NCBI GenBank assembly: GCA_963772365.1
Contig: CAVYXA010000001.1
Coordinates: forward strand, 192,001 to 256,000
Length of the DNA: 64,000 nt
Direction: 5' to 3'
From: an uncultured Verrucomicrobiae bacterium
GTDB lineage: Bacteria > Verrucomicrobiota > Verrucomicrobiia > Chthoniobacterales > UBA10450
The position numbers and the translations under genes were made by a program. The notes below the pieces were generated by a model. That model searched no databases. It was not told the DNA's origin and saw only the letters and a list, made by a program, of their open reading frames with translations. This document shows, piece by piece, positions 1 through 10,038 of this stretch (the first letter of the stretch is position 1; each line of letters opens with the position of its first letter).

Positions 1-1223
1 CCGACGCCAAACTGAAAGCCCTGGCGCGCGAGTTCGATTTTCATCTGAGCCCGATGCGCTCGGGTCATCAGCAGATTTACGATTTCGTCCGACACGCCCT
101 GAGCCGCGGCACTGCCATCACTGCGACCGGATTTCTGGATGTTGTTGGCGATTCCTTCGGGATGCTGCGCTGGCCGGCTCTGAATTTTCTTCCTGTCGCC
201 GAAGATGTATGTGTGCCGCGCGCGATCATTCAGCAATTCCATCTCCGTTCGGGTCACGCGATTTCCGGAACGCTGCGTCTGCCGCGGGAGCGTGAGAAAG
301 GTCTGGTGCTCGATCAGCTCACCACGATCGAAGGAATTCCGGCCGAGGAATGGAACCCGCCACCGGATTTTGAAAAGCTAACGCCGCAATTTCCGCAGGG
401 AAGAATCATGCTCGAAAACCCGAAGACGAACTCGATCAGTGCTCGGGCGATCGATCTTTTGACGCCGCTCGGGCGCGGCCAGCGCGGGTTGATTGTGGCA
501 CCGCCGCGTGTGGGCAAGACGATTTTGCTCAAGGAAATCGCCAAAGCGATCCGGGCGAATTATCCCGACATCGTCCTGATTTTACTGCTGGTGGATGAGC
601 GGCCGGAGGAAGTGACCGATCTCCAACGCGAGATCGACTGCGAAGTATATCATTCGAATTTCGACGAAACCGTCCATCGACATGTGGAAGTCGCCGAGAT
701 GGTGTTGGAGCGGGCAAAGCGTCTGGTGGAATTGAAGAAAGACGTCGTCCTTCTGCTCGACAGCATCACTCGATTGTCCCGCGGCTACAATAATGTGCAG
801 TCGAGCAAGGGCCGGATCATGTCAGGCGGCGTGGAGGCAAAAGCTCTGACCAAGCCCAAAAAGTTTTTCGGCTCGGCCCGCAACGCGGAAGAGGGAGGCA
901 GCCTCACCGTTCTGGCCACGGCGTTGATCGAAACCGGCAGCCGAATGGACGAAGTGATCTTCGAGGAATTCAAAGGCACGGGAAACATGGAGCTGCACCT
1001 GGATCGGGCGCTTCAGGAAAAACGAATTTATCCCGCGATCCATCCCCTGCTTTCCGCCACGCGCCGCGACGAAATGCTCTATCATCCCGAAGAATGGGAA
1101 CGCGTCCTGATGCTGCGAAAAGCGATGACAGAAATGCCCCCGCTGGAAGGTATGGAGAAGCTTATTGAGAACCTGCACGCCACAAGGACGAACGCGGAAT
1201 TGTTGCTCAGCGGATTGAAGTAA
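1..1223 (+). CDS. rho: Transcription termination factor Rho (5' end cut by window edge)
   Basis: Frame is open from the window start; motifs [46 protein letters not shown]. Confidence 0.95.
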   Translation, partial: DAKLKALAREFDFHLSPMRSGHQQIYDFVRHALSRGTAITATGFLDVVGDSFGMLRWPALNFLPVAEDVCVPRAIIQQFHLRSGHAISGTLRLPREREKGLVLDQLTTIEGIPAEEWNPPPDFEKLTPQFPQGRIMLENPKTNSISARAIDLLTPLGRGQRGLIVAPPRVGKTILLKEIAKAIRANYPDIVLILLLVDERPEEVTDLQREIDCEVYHSNFDETVHRHVEVAEMVLERAKRLVELKKDVVLLLDSITRLSRGYNNVQSSKGRIMSGGVEAKALTKPKKFFGSARNAEEGGSLTVLATALIETGSRMDEVIFEEFKGTGNMELHLDRALQEKRIYPAIHPLLSATRRDEMLYHPEEWERVLMLRKAMTEMPPLEGMEKLIENLHATRTNAELLLSGLK

Positions 1224-2339
1224 TGACGGAGCGCATTTCTTCAGCATCAGACGTTCGTCATTCGTCATCTCCGTCCCGGATCATCGACAATCCCGCCCAA
1301 CTTGGTGAACTGCTCGACAAAATCGCTCCCACTTCTCGCGTCGCCGTCGATACAGAAGCGGACAGCCTGCATTCCTATCGCGAGAAACTTTGCCTGCTTC
1401 AGTTGAGTGTCACGGACAACAGCCCACACGATTTCATTGTCGATCCTCTGGCCGATGTCGACCTTGCTCCGTTGCGGGAGACGCTGGAGAAAAAGGAAAT
1501 TGTCCTGCACGGCGCTGATTTCGATCTGCGAATGTTGCGGCGGGGAATAAATCTCAAAGCCCGCCAGATTTTCGACACCGTGATCGCAGCCCGGCTGCTC
1601 GGGATTCGGGAGTTCAGTCTCGCTGGCGTTGGTGAAGCGCTACTTTGGGGTCGAGCTTCCGAAAGGATCGCAAAAAGCAAACTGGGCTCAGCGGCCGCTG
1701 CCCAAACGAATGGTGGAATACGCCATCAACGATACTCGTTACTTGCTCCCGTTGGCCGACAAGCTGGAAGTGGAACTGGATCAACATCGGCGACTCGATT
1801 GGTTCCGGCAATCATGTGCCCGCGCCATCGAACAAGCAGCCGTGGAACGGATGCGAGGCGAAGATGAAGTGTGGCGGATCCGCGGGGCCGGCGCATTGCG
1901 CGGGAAAGCCGGTGCAGTGTTACGCGCATTGTGGAAATGGCGCGAGAAAGAAGCGGAAGCAGCCGATCGGCCCGCGTTTCACATTTTACAGAACCACGAA
2001 TTGCTTCGCTCGGCCGAGAAATTCACTGCGGGAGCTGTCCCCGATTATCGACATTTCTCGGAGCGACGACGCCGCAGTTTTCGCCAGGCGGCGGAACACG
2101 CATCGCAATTACCCCAAAAGGATTGGCCAGTCTGGCAGCGCCGTTCCGGAAACCGTCCCAGCACCGATGCAATCCGGCGCATGGAAGAATTGCGAGAGCG
2201 CCGGGACCGGGCGGCGCACGATCTCAAGCTCGAGGCTGCGTTTGTAGCGCCACGCGGGACATTGGAAGCGATCGCAAGTGATTCTGCGCTCACCGAAACA
2301 TTGCTGGCGCCGTGGCAGCGCGAATTGCTGCAAAACTAG
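1223..2339 (+). CDS. rnd: Ribonuclease D (DEDDy 3'-5' exonuclease plus HRDC), frameshift near 1625
   Basis: VAVDTEADSLHSY, LHGADFDL and IFDT in ORF 1223; KGSQKANWAQRPL...YAINDT and HRDC-like WREKEAEAADRP in ORF 1629..2339. Confidence 0.85.
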
Positions 2340-2515
2340 ACAGAAGACAACGAAGGAAACAAAGGCTTTCCACATTCTGTTCACCAATGGACTGCGTTAT
2401 CTTTGCTTCCTTTCCAGCCATCTTTGGTTCGGTGGCTCTTTGAAGCGGATCAAAATCGAAAACAGCGTTTGCTCGAAACTGCGTTCCCGGGCAGAATTCA
2501 GCCAGCATCATAATA

Positions 2516-4246
2516 ATGGAAAGATCTTCCTCAAGCAATCGCGCAGCACCTAAGAGGCAAATCGCTTTTTGGAAAGGCTTGCTCCTCGCCTTCAGCGTCG
2601 TCCTCGCAACTGCACTCGCCGTTCAAGTCAAAGCGGCCCCCAAAAAGAATTCCGACGCTGAGTCGAAGACTACGCCTACGCCCAGCGCAACCCCGAACTT
2701 TAAGCCTGAATCTGTCGCCAGCACAGGCAGCGTGACGGTTGAAGGCAGCGCAATCTCGTATCAGGCCGTGGCCGGCACGATCGTCGTCCATCCCAAAGGC
2801 TGGGATGACGCGGCCTCAGCCGCGCACTGGGAGAACAAGGAAAACCAGGAGAACAAAGAGAGCGAGGAACGGGAAGAGAGCGGAGAGCAGCACAAGAACC
2901 CGACGGCCGAAGCCTCGATGTTCTACGTCTCTTATACGAAACAGAATGTGGAAGCGAATAAACGGCCCGTTACATTCCTCTTCAACGGCGGACCCGGTTC
3001 TTCCACCGTCTGGTTGCACATGGGCGCCTTTGGACCGCGCCGAGTGATCACCGCGGACAATTCGCATACCCCGGCCGCGCCCTATCAAATTGTCAATAAC
3101 GACTACAGCCTGCTCGACGCCAGCGATCTGGTTTTTGTCGATGCTCCCGGCACCGGATTCAGTCGCATCGCCGGTAAAGACAAGGAAAAAGAGTTTTACG
3201 GTGTCGACCCCGACGCGCACGCCTTCGCGGAATTCATCGTGGCGTATCTCACGAAATACGGACGCTGGAATTCGCCCAAGTATCTCTTCGGCGAAAGCTA
3301 CGGCACGCCGCGGTCCGCTGTGCTGGTGAACCTGCTCGCACACGAATACGACGTCGATTTCAATGGCGTCATCCTGCTCTCCCAGATCCTGAGTTTTGAT
3401 CTGAGCGTGGACGAACCGGAAACCAATCCCGGAATCGATCTGCCTTACATCGTGGCGCTGCCCACGTATGCCGCCACCGCCTGGTACCATCACAGGTTAT
3501 CCGGGCCGAATCCTCCCGCTCAGCTTGAACCGTTTCTCAAAGAAGTGGAGCAGTTCGCGATGCAGGAGTACACGCATGCACTCGCGGAAGGAGCGGCTCT
3601 GCCGAAAGACCGACGCCAGGCCGTTGCCGAGAAACTGCATGCCTACACCGGTCTGCCTGTCAGCTATATTCTAAAGGCCAACTTGCGCATCGACGGCGGC
3701 GAGTTTTCGAAAAATCTCCAGGAAGATACCGACACCACCACTGGCCGGCTCGACACGCGCTTTTCCGGGCCCACCATGGATCCGCTGAGCAAAGAAGCCG
3801 ATTACGATCCGCAGGCCGCCGCCATCAGTTCCGCTTACGTCTCCGCCTTCAACGACTACGTGAGAAAATCTTTGCACTACGGGCAGGACAAAATCTTTAA
3901 ACCCGGAATCCAGATCTGGAAGACCTGGAATTACCAACATCAGCCACCGGGGGCGGACCGGCCGTTGCAGCAGGCGACTAACACCATGCCGGATTTAGCC
4001 AGCGCCATGAAATACAATCCGGAACTTCGAATCCTTCTGACCGGCGGCTATTTCGACCTGGCCACGCCGTATTACGAAGGTTGGTACGAAATGCACCACC
4101 TCCAGATTCCGGAAGCGCTCCAGGATCACATTCAATATCGCTACTATCAGTCGGGCCACATGGTCTACGCTCATCAGGAATCGCTTAAAGCCCTCCACGA
4201 CGACGCGGCGTCCTTCATCCACTCGACCGATCACCTCGGCAAATAA
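2516..4246 (+). CDS. Secreted serine carboxypeptidase, peptidase S10 family
   Basis: Signal-like N-terminus; FNGGPGSS, DAPGTGFS, GESYG nucleophile motif, GHMVY. Confidence 0.92.
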   Translation: MERSSSSNRAAPKRQIAFWKGLLLAFSVVLATALAVQVKAAPKKNSDAESKTTPTPSATPNFKPESVASTGSVTVEGSAISYQAVAGTIVVHPKGWDDAASAAHWENKENQENKESEEREESGEQHKNPTAEASMFYVSYTKQNVEANKRPVTFLFNGGPGSSTVWLHMGAFGPRRVITADNSHTPAAPYQIVNNDYSLLDASDLVFVDAPGTGFSRIAGKDKEKEFYGVDPDAHAFAEFIVAYLTKYGRWNSPKYLFGESYGTPRSAVLVNLLAHEYDVDFNGVILLSQILSFDLSVDEPETNPGIDLPYIVALPTYAATAWYHHRLSGPNPPAQLEPFLKEVEQFAMQEYTHALAEGAALPKDRRQAVAEKLHAYTGLPVSYILKANLRIDGGEFSKNLQEDTDTTTGRLDTRFSGPTMDPLSKEADYDPQAAAISSAYVSAFNDYVRKSLHYGQDKIFKPGIQIWKTWNYQHQPPGADRPLQQATNTMPDLASAMKYNPELRILLTGGYFDLATPYYEGWYEMHHLQIPEALQDHIQYRYYQSGHMVYAHQESLKALHDDAASFIHSTDHLGK

Positions 4247-4464
4247 TTCGTCGGCGATCGCGACGGGGTAGGGCGGCGCGCGGCATTCGTTCGGTTCTTT
4301 GCTGAAGAATGAAGAGATCGCCTAACGGACTAAAACCAATTCCCGAAAAAGATATGCCGAACTGAGCCCGCGAAACACGCGAGCGAAACTGCGGTGTATC
4401 TTTCAATTCTTCGGAATCGGCGAGTGATGTTGTTGACCGACGTGCCTGCGGTAAGGTTTGGGGG

Positions 4465-5571
4465 ATGATCCGCGCACGCTTATCCGAACGCGTCAGTCGC
4501 GCACGGGCCATGACGATTTCCGGTAGAGATCGCCTGGAGATAATTTGGATCGATCAAGCACCGCTGCGAGCCAATGCCGTCGCCGAATGCACCGACATGA
4601 TGGTGCGTCTGGAGCGAGCGCGATTTGGCTGGCAACAGTTTGAACGACAGGACAAGCCCGCGTTCGTCCGGTGGCGGGCCCGTGAGTTTGGCGCGTTGCT
4701 TAGCACCGCGCGGGATGTCGAGGATAAGATTCGGGACGCGCAAAACATCATTCATGAAGTGGAGATTGAAATGCGGCAACACATCCAGGATCCGCAGGGC
4801 GCCTATCGGCGCGTGCTGTTTCGACGCGAAAATCCGGGGGTTGCCGATGAGCGCGAGACTTTCTCTTATAGATCGCGATCGACACCTCATCTGAGCGAAT
4901 TCGAGCAGGAAGCTCTGTTTCAAGAATGGGTGAAAACATCTTTTGGCACGAACCCGATCAAGATGGATGACGACGTTTATTCGAGAAGCTTTGAAGTTTT
5001 TAAATCGCATATGTTCGTTAGGCCCGAAAGCGCTCCGAGTCGATCTGATCCCCGGCCGGCGGGGGTTCGGCCTTCTGCGGTTGATGAAGAGCCGGCGGGC
5101 CCAACTGAACCGGGGACGATTGATCCGCGGGTAAAGGAAATCTATCGGCGGCTCGTGCGTCGATTACATCCCGACTTGCGCGCCGATGGGGATGCGTCGG
5201 TTTCTTCGCTTTGGCATGAAGTCCAGGAGGCATATGCGGCTGGTGACGTTGCCCGCATGGAACTTCTACTGGCGCTCAGTGATTTGTCGGATGCGCCCGG
5301 CGCTGGCACAACCTTAGCACAGATGCGCTCGCTCCTCGGCGAATTGACACGGTCCGTGCGCGCGTTGGAGTTAAGCCTGGTCGAAGCCGGGCGGGAAGAT
5401 TCATGGAACTTCGCCCGAATAGGTCCATCGGAGGGTCTGCGGGTGCGCGTGGAGCGGCAATTGAAACATGATCTCGCGCTGCGACAACAGCGCCTGGAGC
5501 TGCTCACGAAAACGATTGCCGGATGGGCTGAGCGACCGCAGTTGAGTAGAGAGACATTGAGGACTGGTTGA
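4465..5571 (+). CDS. Coiled-coil protein with an internal J-domain (start uncertain)
   Basis: VKEIYRRLVRRLHPDL...LWHEVQEAY contains the HPD motif. Confidence 0.7.
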   Translation: MIRARLSERVSRARAMTISGRDRLEIIWIDQAPLRANAVAECTDMMVRLERARFGWQQFERQDKPAFVRWRAREFGALLSTARDVEDKIRDAQNIIHEVEIEMRQHIQDPQGAYRRVLFRRENPGVADERETFSYRSRSTPHLSEFEQEALFQEWVKTSFGTNPIKMDDDVYSRSFEVFKSHMFVRPESAPSRSDPRPAGVRPSAVDEEPAGPTEPGTIDPRVKEIYRRLVRRLHPDLRADGDASVSSLWHEVQEAYAAGDVARMELLLALSDLSDAPGAGTTLAQMRSLLGELTRSVRALELSLVEAGREDSWNFARIGPSEGLRVRVERQLKHDLALRQQRLELLTKTIAGWAERPQLSRETLRTG

Positions 5572-5780
5572 ATTCATCGAATGCTTTCCAACTGTTAGCC
5601 GCGAGATGGCGCACCGGGTGTTAGAGCAATCGAAAGACGCGCTGCTTCAGCCTGCGTGAATCCGTTGTATTGAAATTCCTCTCTAGCGTATCTACGCGAA
5701 GACGTAATGTCCGGGGATCGCACGCGCCTCGCGTGCTGGCGATGGCGCCCTCGCCATCGCGAACTTTAGAGTCTTATTCC

Positions 5781-6341
5781 ATGCCCGCCTCCAAACCCAC
5801 CATCTACCTCATCGCCGGCTGCACAGTGCCGGTAAAACCACTTTCGCCAAAGAATTTCTTCCGCATGAAGTGAAATGTCAGCGCTTCTACAACGCGGACG
5901 AGATTGCACGCGGCCTGTCGCCGCTTGATCCATCCGCCGGCGCGATCAAAGCCGGCCGTCTGCTTCTGAGCGAAGTGCGCGACTCGATAACTGAACAATG
6001 AAACCTTCGCTTTGGAAAGCACGCTTAGTGGCAAGACGTACGTTCGCATCTTCCAGCGCGCATTTTCGTTAGGCGTCGAATTGGAGCTTCATTATCTTTG
6101 GCCCTCACAAGTTGAGCAGGCGATCGCCCGCGTGCGCCGCCGCGTTCGCATGGGAGGACACAATGTTCCAACTACGGACGTCCACCGTCGATTCAACCGT
6201 AGTTTCAATCACTTGGTTGATGATTATCTTCCCCTCGCGACTCGTTGGGCGATCTGGGACAACCGTGGACTCCCCGCGAAACGACTCGCGACTTCCGCGA
6301 CCAATGATGTAAATTCAGTTCGCCGAATACTCGGAGTATGA
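5781..6341 (+). pseudogene. Zeta-toxin-like/AAA_33 P-loop ATPase with two compensating frameshifts (about 5825 and 5995)
   Basis: Across frames: PTIYLIAGC..GKTTFAKEFL..FYNADEIARGLSPL..AGRLLL..ETFALESTLSGK..ARVRRRVRMGGHNVP. Confidence 0.8.
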
Positions 6342-6784
6342 AAAGGAATCAGCGGAGCAATGGCGCGAAAAGGCCGCCGGTCTTTGTTGCCCGCGCGGAA
6401 CGCGCATTCAGTCGGGTGGCGCGCAAGCTGCGCGCAGAGAATCGAAAGCGCGGAATGTCGCGAGTCGTCTGGCCGAATGGGGGACCATGCGGCTCGTTGA
6501 AAGGCACTAGGGCGATGGACGTATTCATGTCCGAGCGGAAGCGCGAACGTGAAGAGAGCCACGAACTGCCGTCGAAAAATTCTAAAAAAATGACGGTGCT
6601 CGGTACCGTCGGTCTTTTGCTCGTCACTGGTCACATTGTCGCTCGTCACTGCCTACAGACGCGTGGCGCAGCTTTACGCGGTCGCAACGCTCGAGCAGGC
6701 AAAATCGCGAGGCCTCGAATATGTGTCTTCATAAGAGCGCTTGATTTTTTGAATATTTCTGCAAAGCATCTCGTGTCTCACTGA
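6338..6784 (+). CDS. Small basic protein, putative partner of the zeta-like ATPase (probably only the first about 48 aa are genuine)
   Basis: ATGA overlap with the upstream stop; helical basic N-terminus ending in VVWPNG. Confidence 0.4.
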   Translation: MKRNQRSNGAKRPPVFVARAERAFSRVARKLRAENRKRGMSRVVWPNGGPCGSLKGTRAMDVFMSERKREREESHELPSKNSKKMTVLGTVGLLLVTGHIVARHCLQTRGAALRGRNARAGKIARPRICVFIRALDFLNISAKHLVSH

Positions 6785-6858
6785 GTCGCGGAAAAGACCC
6801 GCAGCATTCGGTGCACCAGGAACCGTTGGTCGAGCATAGTAACAAAAGGAGATTCTGA

Positions 6859-7833
6859 ATGAGCCTGTTTAACGTTACCACGAAGCTTTGGCCAAGCGGC
6901 GCAAGTCTCGATACCGGCACGGACGACAACGTCGTCTCGGTGCCGCCGGGATCGGCGTCGTTCGACCGTCATGCGGCGCTGTTTGTAACTTCTCCGGATG
7001 GCACGGAGAATTTCGAATTCCTCTTCTGGAATACCGGCAGAAACATCACCAACAAGCGCCATGTGCATTGGGACTTCAGCGCCGGCGGCTGGACCACGTG
7101 GACCGCGACCAAGTGGTACGGCGTGCCAGGCAACGGAAACGGCGGACATGAAGTCCGCGTCGATCCCTTCAGCATCGCCAGCAATGGCCCGCTCACAAGC
7201 AGCGGCACAGCTATCGATTCCTCCGCCAGCTCGTTTCCGCCCGGCGCTTATCCGGACATGGGCGACGACCATCTCATCGATACCGAAGACGGAGCGGTGG
7301 ATGTGGCCGCGAAAAGTTCTCTCGCCTCCCAGCAATTCGCCGGCTGGGACCAATTGATCTGGGGCGGCGACGACTCGGATGTTTTCCTTGAATCGGATGC
7401 CGGCGCGTCGCAGGGATCGCCTGGGTTTTACCCGATCGGCAGTGGCCCCTTCCATGTCGGGCAGGGCGGCAGCGCGATTCTTCTGGCCCTGTACGGCAAC
7501 AGCAGCATCGTGAAGTTCTACAAGGAAAACCTGAAGAGCGAGATTGATGTCACCAAGGGTTTCCTGTCGGACTTCCCCAAACTAAAGGATAACGAAGGCG
7601 ATTTCCGGCAGCGTTACACTGGCGATCCACAGTGGGCGCAGGTCATACGGCTCATTGTGGAACGCTCGGATCAGTTACAGCAACAAGTTACCGAGTTGCG
7701 TTCCTTCATCCGCGCCCAGGAGCGGCCGCAGGTAGGGCGTGAAGTATTAATGGGCCGGCCGACACAGGTAGGGCGTGAAGCGGTAAAACAAAGCCGGCCG
7801 ACACAGTCGCGGAAGCGCAGCAGAAAGCGGTAG
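6859..7833 (+). CDS. Hypothetical protein, candidate ATP-grasp substrate (Gly/Ser/Trp-rich domain, K/E/D-rich tail, coiled coil)
   Basis: AAGGAG Shine-Dalgarno; first gene of a tight operon with two ATP-grasp genes. Confidence 0.75.
   Translation: MSLFNVTTKLWPSGASLDTGTDDNVVSVPPGSASFDRHAALFVTSPDGTENFEFLFWNTGRNITNKRHVHWDFSAGGWTTWTATKWYGVPGNGNGGHEVRVDPFSIASNGPLTSSGTAIDSSASSFPPGAYPDMGDDHLIDTEDGAVDVAAKSSLASQQFAGWDQLIWGGDDSDVFLESDAGASQGSPGFYPIGSGPFHVGQGGSAILLALYGNSSIVKFYKENLKSEIDVTKGFLSDFPKLKDNEGDFRQRYTGDPQWAQVIRLIVERSDQLQQQVTELRSFIRAQERPQVGREVLMGRPTQVGREAVKQSRPTQSRKRSRKR
7729..7806 (+). repeat. Imperfect internal duplication in the gene 3' end (RP(T)QVGRE twice, RPTQ twice)
   Basis: CAGGTAGGGCGTGAAG at 7729 and 7765; GCCGGCCGACACAG at 7754 and 7793. 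Confidence 0.85.
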
Positions 7834-7836
7834 CGC

Positions 7837-8538
7837 GTGCTGGTGGTGGTCGCGAGCCGCCACGACCCCGGTGCGTGCGAGATCGTGCAACGATGGGAGC
7901 GCTGGGGCGCAGCGCTCCTGGGCTGTGAGGATTTGTCCGTCCCAGGATGGCGTTACAGCCCATCAAATCGCGCGGCGTCGCGCGCGGTGGTGAGCGGACG
8001 GGTCGTCCCCGACAAATCAATTCGCGGTGTGCTGCTCCGGCGACCGCTGATTCTCGAGCAGGAATTGATGCACATCGCTCCCGCGGATCGCGAATTTGTC
8101 GCCGCGGAAATGAGCGCCTTTCTGCTGGCCTGGCTGTCGGAATTACCCTGCCCTGTGCTCAATCGTCCCCAGGGCGCGTCGCTCTGCGGCCCAAACTGGC
8201 GGCCACAACAATGGGCACACATGGCCGCGAAGGCCGGCTTCCACGTCGATCCCGCCCGCTGCCAGATACCGGCCGACGCAAAGGCCGAAGGCGAAGAGAA
8301 TTTGCCCGCCGCGCAACCCGTGAAGGCGGTGGTGGTGGGCGACCGTTGCCTGGGAGACGTGAGCGACGCGCAGGCAGCCGCTGCCATAAAACTCGCGGCA
8401 GCGGCGGGCGTGGCGTTGCTGGCGGTCTGGCTTGTGCCTTCGAAGCGCAGGAGCCGATTCGTCGCGGCCAATCCAATGCCGGACCTGAACGACTCCTGCG
8501 TCGCGGACGCGGTTTGCGATTACCTTTTGAAAAACTGA
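7837..8538 (+). CDS. Degenerate (probably inactive) ATP-grasp-like protein
   Basis: Pre-grasp-like N-terminus and CPVLNRP..L, VVVGDRC; lacks the Lys, FQEYI and EaNpsP motifs present in the next gene. Confidence 0.7.
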   Translation: MLVVVASRHDPGACEIVQRWERWGAALLGCEDLSVPGWRYSPSNRAASRAVVSGRVVPDKSIRGVLLRRPLILEQELMHIAPADREFVAAEMSAFLLAWLSELPCPVLNRPQGASLCGPNWRPQQWAHMAAKAGFHVDPARCQIPADAKAEGEENLPAAQPVKAVVVGDRCLGDVSDAQAAAAIKLAAAAGVALLAVWLVPSKRRSRFVAANPMPDLNDSCVADAVCDYLLKN

Positions 8539-8550
8539 TCTCCAACTCCG

Positions 8551-9489
8551 ATGCGCACGATCCTGCTATGGGGCCTCGCCGCTGATCCTCCGCTGAGTTT
8601 GGTGCGCGCCGGCTTGTCTCGCGCGGGCGTTCCTCTCATTTTCCTCGACCAGCAACGCGTGCTGGAATGCAAGCTCGAGTTGGTAGTCGATCGCGAGGTG
8701 CAGGGCACGTTGCGGATTTTGCGCAAGGCGATCGACCTCGCCGCGATCGGCGCGGTGTACGTGCGGCCGTACGATGTGCGGCAGATTCAGGCGCTCGAAG
8801 GAAAACGCAGTGGCGATACGGCGTTCGATCGCGCACTTGCTTTCGAAGATGCGTTTAGCTCCTGGCTCGAGATGACTCCGGCGCTGGTCGTTAACCGGCC
8901 TTCAGCGATGTCTTCAAACAATTCCAAGCCGTACCAGATGGAGTTGATCCGTGCCGCCGGATTCGACGTTCCGCGCACGCTGGTGACGACAGATGTTTCG
9001 GCCGTTCTCGAGTTCTGGGAAAAACATCACAGCGTCATTTATAAATCGGTCTCCGGAGTTCGCAGCATCGTCACACGGCTTCGCCCGGAACATCGCGAAC
9101 GGCTGCCGGATGTCTCTCATTGTCCGACGCAGTTTCAGGAATATATCGAGGGCACGGACATTCGGATCCATGTCGTCGGAGAAGAAGTGTTCGGATGCGA
9201 AATCCTGTCGGATGCCGACGACTATCGTTATCCCTTGCTCGCGAATTCGGGCGCGCAGGTGCGAAACTATCCTGTTCCCGCGGCTCTCGCCGACCGTTGC
9301 CGCCGCCTCGCCGCCGCGCTCAGTTTGCCTGTGGCCGGGATCGATCTGCGTCGGACTCCTTCCGGGCGCTTCTATTGTTTCGAAGCCAATCCCTCTCCCG
9401 GGTTCAGTTTCTATGAAGAGGCAACTGGGCAGCAGATCGGAGAGGCCATTGCCCGGCTTCTGGTCAATGCCGCGCGCGCGGAATCTTGA
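8551..9489 (+). CDS. RimK-family ATP-grasp ligase
   Basis: VVNRP..NNSKPYQ, VPRTLVT, IYKSVSGVRSIV, FQEYIEGTDIRIHVVG, GIDL, FEANPSPGF. Confidence 0.92.
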   Translation: MRTILLWGLAADPPLSLVRAGLSRAGVPLIFLDQQRVLECKLELVVDREVQGTLRILRKAIDLAAIGAVYVRPYDVRQIQALEGKRSGDTAFDRALAFEDAFSSWLEMTPALVVNRPSAMSSNNSKPYQMELIRAAGFDVPRTLVTTDVSAVLEFWEKHHSVIYKSVSGVRSIVTRLRPEHRERLPDVSHCPTQFQEYIEGTDIRIHVVGEEVFGCEILSDADDYRYPLLANSGAQVRNYPVPAALADRCRRLAAALSLPVAGIDLRRTPSGRFYCFEANPSPGFSFYEEATGQQIGEAIARLLVNAARAES

Positions 9490-9719
9490 ATTGCGTTACG
9501 AATGCCCATCAAATTAGATGGCTAGCACGGCGACGTTCCGTGCATCTTCAACAATTATCCAAATCCCGCCGCCTTCATCGTGGACATAGGAAGATCAATG
9601 ACCAGGACGATCTCGTAGGCACGAGCGCATCACCGGCTTCGAGCTCGATCATCGGCCAGACGACCACGCCCATCGCCGCGCCTCCTCGGATGGAATTGCG
9701 AGAAGAGCGAAGGATGTGA

Positions 9720-9800
9720 TCGTTGCGCGCTTCCTCCAGCGTTGTGCCTTGCGTGTTCGCACCGGGCAATTCCTCCACGAATGCGGCGTAGCCCTCGGGA
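9720..9800 (-). pseudogene. HicB-family antitoxin fragment
   Basis: PEGYAAFVEELPGANTQGTTLEEARN, after which similarity is lost. Confidence 0.65.
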
Positions 9801-10038
9801 AACGGGTTCAGATCGCTTTCCAGGAAAATAAAAATGCGCTACAAGTCATTCTGTGAATTCGTTTTTCGCCTTCGTTTCGGAAAAGGCTTTTGGGCAACAC
9901 GCCCTGAAGATCAGCCCCCGCGATTCTCCGCTGCCAGTAGTTTCGTTAGCTGGTCCACTCCGGAGGTTCCGATTCATTTGCCTTTTGCGCCTGCCGTGCA
10001 AGGATTCGGCTATCAGCCAAAGAATGAGGAGGCATCAA

